Source: Alkalispirochaeta sp.
Lineage (GTDB): Bacteria > Spirochaetota > Spirochaetia > DSM-27196 > Alkalispirochaetaceae
DNA: 64,000 bases
Assembly: GCA_965601925.1 (NCBI GenBank)
Contig: OZ271854.1
Location: 2,080,001 to 2,144,000, forward strand
Direction: 5' to 3'
The notes beneath the pieces are model-generated. The model did no database searches. It was not told the DNA's origin and was given only the letters and a program-made list of their open reading frames with translations. Numbering within the stretch: position 1 is the stretch's first letter; each line of letters begins with the position of its first letter. A program made the position numbers and the translations under genes. Of this stretch, positions 1 through 7,873 are shown piece after piece.

Positions 1-1
1 A

Positions 2-247
2 TTGGCGCTCTTGATCGTCTCCACCGGCGGTTTTAAGGGGTTCGATTTGTTCAAGATTCTTCTGCGTCGCGATCCTCTGGAATCGGGAGTGGTGCTGCCG
101 ACGTATCTGGTACGCGTCTTCTTCGAAAATCAAGATATCGGCTACGGATCGGCCGTCTCTGTGTTGCTCACGCTGGTCGTGCTCGCGATTATGGGCGTCA
201 TTGCCCTCATTCGACGCGTGTACGTCGGCGAGATGGAGGAGTATTGA
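2..247 (+). CDS. Carbohydrate ABC transporter permease, C-terminal part (5' end outside window)
   Basis: Hydrophobic C-terminus with FKGFDL...TYL...FF...GYGSAVSVLL, typical of MalF-type permeases; directly followed by a second permease. Confidence 0.8.
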   Translation: MALLIVSTGGFKGFDLFKILLRRDPLESGVVLPTYLVRVFFENQDIGYGSAVSVLLTLVVLAIMGVIALIRRVYVGEMEEY

Positions 248-248
248 G

Positions 249-1061
249 GTGCGTGGACGGGTGATCACCGCGGCGGCGGCGCTATTGATCGTTCTCTATG
301 CGCTCCCTATCGCATGGATGTACGTCTCCGCCACTCGGACCGATGCCGATTTCATAGCCGACCCTCTGGGGCTCCCCGAGTCGATTCATGTAGAAAACTT
401 CGCTCGGGCGTATCGGACGGCGGAGATGACGCGCCATTTCGCGATATCTATCGTCGTAACGTCCGTCTCGACGGCGATCGTAGTGTCGGCTTCGTCAATG
501 GCGGCGTTCAGCTTCTCCCGTTTACAGTATCGTTTTCGGGGTGCGTTGTTCAGTATCTTCTTCGTCGGACTCATTTTACCGATTCAGAGCTTCATTGTCG
601 GACTCTTCGTCTTTTTTCGTCTCTTGGGACTGCTCAACTCGATATGGGCTATGATACTGCCGACCGCCGGGATCGGGCTTCCCATCGCCATTCTGATTAT
701 GAAGTACTACTTCGATACCATGCCGACGTCCCTGGAAGAGAGCGCCTACATCGACGGCGCCTCGTCTTTTCTCGTCTATCGCGCCATCGTGATGCCGATC
801 TCATCGGCGATTATCGTGACGGTAATCATTTTTTCCGCGATCAATGTGTGGAACGAGTTCCTGATTCCCTTTGTGATGGTGCAGAGCCGGAACATTCGGC
901 CGCTTACCACGAGTCTGTACGTGTTCTCTACGCGCCACGCCGCGCAGATCACGCTGACGATCGCCGCATTGGCGATCATCGCCACACCGATGTTCGCGGT
1001 GTACTTCCTCTTCCAGCGTCGCGTGCAGGAAGGTATCACCGCCGGAGCGCTCAGGGGGTGA
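249..1061 (+). CDS. Carbohydrate ABC transporter permease (MalG-type)
   Basis: EAA loop LEESAYIDGAS, WNEF motif, C-terminal FQRRVQEGITAGALRG; GTG start 1 nt after upstream stop with GGAGG upstream. Confidence 0.9.
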   Translation: MRGRVITAAAALLIVLYALPIAWMYVSATRTDADFIADPLGLPESIHVENFARAYRTAEMTRHFAISIVVTSVSTAIVVSASSMAAFSFSRLQYRFRGALFSIFFVGLILPIQSFIVGLFVFFRLLGLLNSIWAMILPTAGIGLPIAILIMKYYFDTMPTSLEESAYIDGASSFLVYRAIVMPISSAIIVTVIIFSAINVWNEFLIPFVMVQSRNIRPLTTSLYVFSTRHAAQITLTIAALAIIATPMFAVYFLFQRRVQEGITAGALRG

Positions 1062-1063
1062 CG

Positions 1064-1822
1064 ATGTCGCGAGTCACTTCCCTCGTCGAGAGACCGGACA
1101 TTCTCGCGTGCCGTCGTATCCTGTGCGTACAACCCCACCCCGACGATATGGATATAGGGTGGGGCGGGACGGTGGCGCGACTCGCGGACGCCGGCGCCGA
1201 GGTTATGTATCTATCGGTCACCGACGACGCCGCGGGGCTAATCGGCGAGGACGCCCGGCTTTCCGTAGCCGAACGCACGGCACTCCGTAAAACTGAGCAG
1301 GAGCGTGCGGCGTCGTTACTGGGCGTCGCCGACCTTCTCTGGTTGGGGCTTCCCGACGCCGGGCCCTGGCGCGTTTATGACGTGCGCAATGGGATCGTCG
1401 ACGCGATACGCCGAGTGCTGCCCGACGCGGTCGTCACCGTCGATCCGTGGCTTCCCTATGAGGCGCACGCCGATCATCGCAAGACGGGACTCGCCGCGGC
1501 GGAGGCGATGATTCTCGCCCGATTTCCGGCGGTCGGTACCGTGCCGGTACCGCGCGGACTCGACGTACGCGCCGGCGGCTTCATCTTCACCGCTCGTCCC
1601 AACACCGTGGTTGATGTCGGGCGGTATCGCGACCGGAAGCTGCAAGCCATTCGTGCCCATCGCTCTCAGTTCGACGACCGCGCAATGCGGGAGCTCGAGC
1701 GCGTAGACTCCGCGCGCGGCGCCGATCTCGGAGAGACGATCGGCTGTCGGTACGCCGAGGGGTGCAAGGTCGTCAGCCCGGAGATCGCGCTCCATATTCT
1801 GCCCGAAGCGGCCGAGCTTTGA
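1064..1822 (+). CDS. PIG-L/LmbE family N-acetyl deacetylase
   Basis: QPHPDD and HADH zinc motifs, 'AIRAHRSQF' C-terminal motif; real start inside ORF 314..1822, just after permease stop. Confidence 0.88.
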   Translation: MSRVTSLVERPDILACRRILCVQPHPDDMDIGWGGTVARLADAGAEVMYLSVTDDAAGLIGEDARLSVAERTALRKTEQERAASLLGVADLLWLGLPDAGPWRVYDVRNGIVDAIRRVLPDAVVTVDPWLPYEAHADHRKTGLAAAEAMILARFPAVGTVPVPRGLDVRAGGFIFTARPNTVVDVGRYRDRKLQAIRAHRSQFDDRAMRELERVDSARGADLGETIGCRYAEGCKVVSPEIALHILPEAAEL

Positions 1823-1849
1823 CACGCGACGCAGCATAGGAGGTTACCG

Positions 1850-3190
1850 ATGAATCTGGCGATATCAGGAGGCGCACCGGTACGGGATTCGCGAGTGCGC
1901 CCGTGGCCCCGGTGGCCGGTGTGGGACGACCGGGATCGTGAACGCCTCGAGCGGGTACTTGAAAGCGGCGTCTGGTCGTACAACGGACCCGCCGAACGCG
2001 AGGCGCTGGCGGCGCTCAGACGGTTTTTCGACGTGCCGCACGTCGTGCTGGCGATGAACGGTACGGCGACGTTGCAACTGGCCCTAGAAGCGCTCGACAT
2101 CGGGTTCGGCGACGAAGTCATCGTGCCGTCGTTGACGTGGCAGGCAACCGCCGCGGCGGTACTGGATATCAATGCCGTACCGGTTCTGGTCGATGTCGAT
2201 CCGAAGACGTGGTGCGTCGACCCCGCCGCGGTGGAGGCGGCGATCACGCGTCGAACTCGTGCGATCCTTCCGGTTCATCTCTACGGCGCCATGGCCGATA
2301 TGGACGAGATCATGAGGATCGCCGCCGCGCACCGTATCGCGGTAGTCGAGGATACCGCGCATCAGCACGGAAGCGAATGGCGCGGAAAGAAGGCGGGTGC
2401 GATCGGCGATATCGGCAGCTTCAGTCTGCAGCTCTCTAAGGTTCTTACCACCGGCGAGGGCGGTATCCTCACTACCGGTAGTCGCGATTTGTGGGTGAGG
2501 CTCGACGCGTTGCGCAACTGCGGCCGCCGTCCCGAGGGGGCCGCGTCGGACGAGGATAAGGGCGGCGGACAGTACGGAAGCGAAGGCGATCTCGTCCAGT
2601 CGGGCAACTATCGGATCACCGACTTCCAGGCGGCTCTCCTCATCGGCGCGCTCGAACGACTCCCGGAACAGAATAGACGGCGCGAGGAGAACGGCCGCTA
2701 CATCGACGCGCGTCTCGCCGACATCACCGGGCTGGAGCCGATCGTACCGTATCCTGGGCAGAATCGCCGCGCATACTTCAACTACGCCTTTCGCTACGAC
2801 GGAGATCGCTTCTCGGGCGGAGGGATTCCCGCGTCGATCTTCCGGGAGGCGCTGAGCCGCGAGTTGGGAATCGAGTTTGAAGCGTGCTACGAGCCGCTGA
2901 CCGACTGCAGCTTGTATCGTCCCCAGACCAAGCGAAGGTATCGCATCACCCGAGAACACTGGCAAGCGATCGATCCGTCTCGATTCGAGACGCCGTCGGC
3001 GGTGCGCGTGTTTCGTCATGAATCGGTAGTCGTGCACCACCGCATCCTTTTGGGCGGAAGGGACGACATGGACCAGATCGCAGAGGCGATACGGCGTCTC
3101 GAGGCCGCGGGAGACGAACTGCGCGAGATCGCGGCTCACCGTTCCTTCGCCGGAGACGCGGAACCGGGCCGAGGTTCGCGGTATGGGTAA
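1850..3190 (+). CDS. DegT/DnrJ/EryC1/StrS PLP-dependent aminotransferase (inosose/AHBA-synthase-like subgroup)
   Basis: LAISGG..WPRWP N-terminus, NGTATL, EDTAHQHG, SFSLQLSKVLTTGEGG (PLP Lys), GNYRITDFQAALL; AGGAGG RBS. Confidence 0.92.
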   Translation: MNLAISGGAPVRDSRVRPWPRWPVWDDRDRERLERVLESGVWSYNGPAEREALAALRRFFDVPHVVLAMNGTATLQLALEALDIGFGDEVIVPSLTWQATAAAVLDINAVPVLVDVDPKTWCVDPAAVEAAITRRTRAILPVHLYGAMADMDEIMRIAAAHRIAVVEDTAHQHGSEWRGKKAGAIGDIGSFSLQLSKVLTTGEGGILTTGSRDLWVRLDALRNCGRRPEGAASDEDKGGGQYGSEGDLVQSGNYRITDFQAALLIGALERLPEQNRRREENGRYIDARLADITGLEPIVPYPGQNRRAYFNYAFRYDGDRFSGGGIPASIFREALSRELGIEFEACYEPLTDCSLYRPQTKRRYRITREHWQAIDPSRFETPSAVRVFRHESVVVHHRILLGGRDDMDQIAEAIRRLEAAGDELREIAAHRSFAGDAEPGRGSRYG

Positions 3191-4403
3191 TCCGGCGGTG
3201 CTGGACACCTTCCCCCTCGCACCGACCGAGGAGTCTCACAGAGACGCCCGACGGTCGGCGTCGGACGAGTCGATCCGGTTCGGCCTGATCGGTGCCGGCT
3301 ACATCGCCGCCTATCACGCCCGGGCGATTTTGGCGACCGATAGCGCGGAGCTGGTATGGGTCGCGAGCCGAAGCGGGGAGAGTAGTCGTGCACTCACACG
3401 TACAATCGGTGCGGGCCGGTCCACGATCGATCTCCAACGCGTTGTCGACGATCCTTCGGTCGACGCGGTCGTCGTCGCGACTCCCAACGGTCTCCACGAG
3501 GAGCACGCCGTGGCAGCGTTGCGGGCCGGAAAGGCCGTGCTTGTAGAAAAACCTCTCGCCGCAACCTTGGAGGAGGCGCGCCGGATCGCTGCGGTGGCCG
3601 GAGCGGAGCGAGGTTTTCTGCAGGTCGGACACATGTGGCGACACGACCTGGAGGCGCAATGGATACGAGATAGCGTCGCGGCCGGCGAAATCGGGCGCGT
3701 GTATCGAAGCGTCTCGTACGGGATCCATGAGCGGTGGGGACCCGATGGCTGGTTTGTCGATCCGAAGCTCGCCGGGGGCGGTGCACTGCTCGACATGGGA
3801 GTACACGCCGTCGACACGACGCGCTTTCTCCTCGGCGATCCGATACCGCAGTCGGTATACGCCCGCATCTCGACGGAGCACGGCGACTATGCAGTGGACG
3901 ACACCGCACTGGTGATCGTCACCTGGGAAGACGGGGTCGTCTCAACGATCGAGTCGGGGTGGTGGCAACCCCATAGCGACGGACCCGAGGCCGCCACCAG
4001 ACTCTACGGAACGCACGGTTTTGCGTCCCTGTTTCCGACCTACGTTGAGGCGATCGATCGTTCGCCGAATCGATTTGACGGCTCACCGTACGACGCTCCG
4101 AAACGGGTGCAACCGACCTTCCCACCTCGGAGTGAACACTGCGACCAGCGAATGTACACCGCGCAGATCGCCGCATTTGTCCGAGACCTTCGGCGGCATC
4201 GACGCGGCGAGGCGGAGCACGGGCGGGAAGATTCGCACCACCGATCGCGTACGTTCCCCGGGACGGCGGACGAATCGGAAATGGCGGCGGGCCTATCTCA
4301 TGCACCGTCGTGGGAACCCGGACTCACCGTGATGGAGATTGTGGACGCCGCATACCGATCGGCGGAGAGCGGCCGGACGGTACGCTTGTCGAACGGGGGG
4401 TAG
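3183..4403 (+). CDS. Gfo/Idh/MocA family NAD(P)-dependent oxidoreductase
   Basis: GLIGAGYIA, VATPNGLH, VEKPLA, GGGALLDMGVH, C-terminal AAYRSAESG. Confidence 0.92.
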   Translation: MGNPAVLDTFPLAPTEESHRDARRSASDESIRFGLIGAGYIAAYHARAILATDSAELVWVASRSGESSRALTRTIGAGRSTIDLQRVVDDPSVDAVVVATPNGLHEEHAVAALRAGKAVLVEKPLAATLEEARRIAAVAGAERGFLQVGHMWRHDLEAQWIRDSVAAGEIGRVYRSVSYGIHERWGPDGWFVDPKLAGGGALLDMGVHAVDTTRFLLGDPIPQSVYARISTEHGDYAVDDTALVIVTWEDGVVSTIESGWWQPHSDGPEAATRLYGTHGFASLFPTYVEAIDRSPNRFDGSPYDAPKRVQPTFPPRSEHCDQRMYTAQIAAFVRDLRRHRRGEAEHGREDSHHRSRTFPGTADESEMAAGLSHAPSWEPGLTVMEIVDAAYRSAESGRTVRLSNGG

Positions 4404-5136
4404 AGCGCCTACCCGGCGACCGTCGGAGTCACATTGGGGCGGCGGCCGGCGCCTTTGCCCGGATTATCCCACGTCCTCGATCAGCAAGTACGACGTCCGG
4501 CGGGTCGTCGTACTCGCCCGACGATTTTCGACGCCGACACGTACTCTCTTGGGCCGCGAATGCGGTCCATCGGCCGATACCGCCCCTCGCCGGACGCTTG
4601 GTCGAGGCGATCAACACGAACAGCGGTTCCTGGATGGCGGCTGTACTCGAGTCCGTTCGCGGCAAGGTCAAGCAGATCGGCGCACTCTCGAGCGAGGAGT
4701 TTTTTTCTAGGAAGCCGCCCTCGGAGCGCTCCATCGGGCCTTCTTCGACGGAGTGGGAGACATACCTTTTGCGCTTCCGTCCGTCGACTACGGCGCGAGG
4801 ACGATCCCCCGCTTTTATGGCGGGCTCTCCCTCATTTCATCATGCCGAGAGCCGCTGTCCGTCCGGTGTCGATGAGCGCCACGAGACCCTCTCCCCCTGC
4901 GTATCGTCGTCGCAACGGCGTTGGAACTCTCCACGCCGGCTCTCACCGCGAATACACGTCACTTTCAATCCATCCCCGAACTCTCGCCGGTGTAATCCGT
5001 AGGCGGCGCGTCGCAGCGTCGTCGCCCGTTGTGGGCTGCGCGCCGTCGTGGCGGCGGCGATACGGCCGACCCGGCGACTACACGCCTTGATCGCGGCGAT
5101 ACGATATGCCACCCTGGGCGACATCGGAGAGGAATC

Positions 5137-6123
5137 GTGGCGATAGTGTCGTTCGGGCTGGGGCTCATTGCCCTGATGGTAGCCGCGGCGGCGATTACGA
5201 TCGGGGGCATCACCTACCGCCGATATCGCAGGCCGTGGCAGCTCTTGTATCTCATCTGCGCGGTCTCGTGGATCGTCGATTTGGGATCGTACTATCTCGG
5301 GTGGGTCGCCTTTTCCGTGTCGGAGTCCGCTCTACAGGCGGCACAGATGCTCACGTGGTCCTCAATCGCCCTTTTGCCCATCAATTTGGTCGTTATGCCT
5401 CTGTGGCTCCTGCAACTCGCCGGACGTCCCGTGCGGCGCCCCATGGTGACCGGTCTCGTCGGCAATCTCGTAGTCGCTCTGGCGCTGGTGTTCTTTCTGC
5501 TCCAACGATTTACCCACGAAGGGGTCGAGGTACGCCCCGTCGACTCCGTCGTTGGGATCGTACTCCTACTCCAATTCTACGGCGTCGCTCTCGGTAGCCT
5601 CGTATACGCTCTGATCGTCCTCCGCGACCGCTCGATCCCCGCGCCGCGGCGCGACTTTCGGTTTGTCGTCGTCATCATTATCATTGCCCTGGTCTTCGAC
5701 TACGTCGCAGAGCTCCTGGGACTCGGCGATATCGAAGGATACGGCGCACGCATCGAGCTTCCCTTCTTTGCGTTGGTGGGATTCGGATACATCGGCGTTC
5801 GACAGGCGCGTCGATTGATCGATGCGGGGTCGGATGGGGGAGGCGGGAGCGTGGTGGTGGACCATACGTTCTTTGCCGAGTACGGTCTATCGCCTCGGGA
5901 GCAGGAGATTGCGCCGGCGCTGCGTTCCAATGAGAAGACGCGAGCGATAGCGCAGCGGCTCTTCATCTCCGAGGCGACGCTCAACTCTCACATTCGCAGT
6001 ATCTACCGGAAGTGCGGCGTCCATTCACGCGTCGCGTTGATCGATCTGATGCGACGGTACGAACGTCCCGCGGCAACCATACCGAGCCGGCGGAGTAGAC
6101 CGACGCCGCAGTATCCCACCTAA
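5137..6123 (+). CDS. Membrane-anchored LuxR-family (C-terminal HTH) transcriptional regulator
   Basis: About 7 hydrophobic segments, then LSPREQEI...IAQRLFISEATLNSHIRSIYRKCGVHSR; GTG start after GGAGAGGA. Confidence 0.85.
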   Translation: MAIVSFGLGLIALMVAAAAITIGGITYRRYRRPWQLLYLICAVSWIVDLGSYYLGWVAFSVSESALQAAQMLTWSSIALLPINLVVMPLWLLQLAGRPVRRPMVTGLVGNLVVALALVFFLLQRFTHEGVEVRPVDSVVGIVLLLQFYGVALGSLVYALIVLRDRSIPAPRRDFRFVVVIIIIALVFDYVAELLGLGDIEGYGARIELPFFALVGFGYIGVRQARRLIDAGSDGGGGSVVVDHTFFAEYGLSPREQEIAPALRSNEKTRAIAQRLFISEATLNSHIRSIYRKCGVHSRVALIDLMRRYERPAATIPSRRSRPTPQYPT

Positions 6124-6198
6124 GCGCATTCCCCGCCTCCGGCATGCGTGCTAAGCGGCGGTCGTGGAAACTCAGGGCGTCCGTGCCGTGCGAAGACA

Positions 6199-6591
6199 TC
6201 ATGAAGCCACGGCTCCATCCACGAGGGCCGAGCCCAACAGAAAGGCCGCGTAGCCGGCCAACAGAAGCGTCAAGACCGGCCCGTTCGTTTCGATGGTGGT
6301 ATTGGGATATCGGCCGCCCCACGCCGCAACGAGAATCGCGTCGAGCGTCTGCTGCACCACGACGACGACGACACCGAGACGGACGCCCACGAGGGAGCCG
6401 CCGGCGCGCGACCGCCGAACGTACACGGCGGTAAAGGCGCGGCCGACGACGACGAAGAGCACCACTACCGCCGGGACCGTGACTGCGAGCGGAAGCGCAC
6501 CGACAAACGGCGCGACCGCTATGACCGTCGCCGTCGCCACAATCCACAACAGCACGGCGATACCGATCCGTCTGAGAAGGTCTTGATCCAT
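6199..6591 (-). CDS. Small hypothetical membrane protein (about 4 TM)
   Basis: AAGGAG RBS before MDQDLLRR; strongly hydrophobic; divergent from TetR. Confidence 0.65.
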   Translation of the reverse strand: MDQDLLRRIGIAVLLWIVATATVIAVAPFVGALPLAVTVPAVVVLFVVVGRAFTAVYVRRSRAGGSLVGVRLGVVVVVVQQTLDAILVAAWGGRYPNTTIETNGPVLTLLLAGYAAFLLGSALVDGAVAS

Positions 6592-6606
6592 ACCGGTGTC
6601 TCCTTG

Positions 6607-6622
6607 TGTAGTAATCGCTACA
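6607..6622. promoter_or_regulatory. Putative TetR operator (palindrome TGTAG-N6-CTACA)
   Basis: Inverted repeat between the divergent membrane-protein and TetR genes. Confidence 0.45.
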
Positions 6623-6788
6623 TTTTCATGTAATATAGTGCGCTGTCGTCGCATCGGCAAGAATATCGGGAAATGCACCATGAGAAATCTGCATACCGCC
6701 CGTCTTTGAGACCGGCGAGCCGGCGACCGACCGATCGACGCGTCCTATCCGGTCGAGTTTCCGCCGGATTCGATATATGCTGATCGCC

Positions 6789-7370
6789 ATGGGCGAGGAT
6801 CGCAGAGAGAAGCTCCTACGGGCGGCGACGGCGTACGCGGCGCATCACGGCATTGCCGGCCTTACGCTTCGGCCCCTCGCAAAGGCGATCGGCACATCTG
6901 ACCGTATGCTCGTCTATTACTTCCGGACGCGAGAGGATTTGGTCGTCGAGATTGTCGATCGGGCCGTCGATTCGCTCTTTAAAACCCTGGAGTCGGCCGA
7001 CGCAACGGATCCCGGAGATTATTTCCGCCGGTTGTGGGCGACGGTACGGAGCGATAGGCATCGCCCGGCGGTACTCCTGTACCTCGAGGCGGCGGGATTA
7101 TCCATGACCGATGCGCGGTGGCGGGGGCGCATGGACACCGCTATCGAGCGGTATCAGACATCGCTCGAGCGTTGGGCGCGCGCAGCCGGTGTACCGCCCG
7201 AGCGGTCTCCGACCGTCGCGCGGTTGGTCTCGGCTGCAGTCGACGGGTTGTTACTTCAGTCCACCATCGACGGAAAGCGTGCCGATACGGACTATGCATT
7301 CGATCTTCTCATTCGCGCACTGGAGCGAGAGTTGGGTGCCGATCGCTACGACGAGAGGCCGGGCGACTGA
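6789..7370 (+). CDS. TetR/AcrR family transcriptional regulator
   Basis: N-terminal HTH GIAGLTLRPLAKAIGTSDRMLVYYFRTREDL; start chosen at MGEDRRE (alternative 6777). Confidence 0.9.
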   Translation: MGEDRREKLLRAATAYAAHHGIAGLTLRPLAKAIGTSDRMLVYYFRTREDLVVEIVDRAVDSLFKTLESADATDPGDYFRRLWATVRSDRHRPAVLLYLEAAGLSMTDARWRGRMDTAIERYQTSLERWARAAGVPPERSPTVARLVSAAVDGLLLQSTIDGKRADTDYAFDLLIRALERELGADRYDERPGD

Positions 7371-7873
7371 GCACAGGCGAACGGTCGGCGTTGCGGACCG
7401 GAAAGGCGCTCCGGGATGTACGTCGATCGAGACGCTTTTGTCACAAAACGGCGGTCGTTCGACCGACAGTCTGCTCACGCTCTGCCTTGTCGTGTACTAT
7501 GCAATACGACTCGTCGCCCCTTTTCGACGGCTTTTTTTCCCGTGTCGCGCGATCCCGACGATTCGTGATGTCGGGACGGGTCGTATCCCGTTCCGAACCC
7601 CGTAAACGGGGCAATGACAAGTAGTTATCGTGCACAATCATCATTTTTGACGATGGCAAGAGTACGCCGTCACGATATGTTCCCGCGCAGGTGTCCGTGC
7701 GCTGATGCGGCGTTTCGCGCAACGATAGGCGGCCGGACACCGCGTGAAACGTGATCTATATCAGCGGATTGACGGTTTCCCTCATGGATTTACGACGGCG
7801 TGCGCGACAGCAACGCGGGCGGTGACGTACCATCGTTTCCGCGATTCGTATCATAATGCATAAGGAGAGCTTG

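Noticed and set aside
314..1063. N-terminal 250 aa of the 502-aa ORF 314..1822
   Set aside because: Off-frame overlap with the ABC permease; the real deacetylase starts at 1064.
2084..3208. Long antisense ORFs (e.g. 2084..3208, 13677..15143, 26064..27116, 32255..33463, 39199..40113)
   Set aside because: Shadow ORFs opposite well-supported genes, expected at high GC; no motifs or RBS.
7370..7870. Cobalamin riboswitch or Fur box upstream of the TonB receptor
   Set aside because: No GGGAA/GCCCCCGCAACTGT/B12-box motif seen; only a partial AATGATGATT resemblance to a Fur box.
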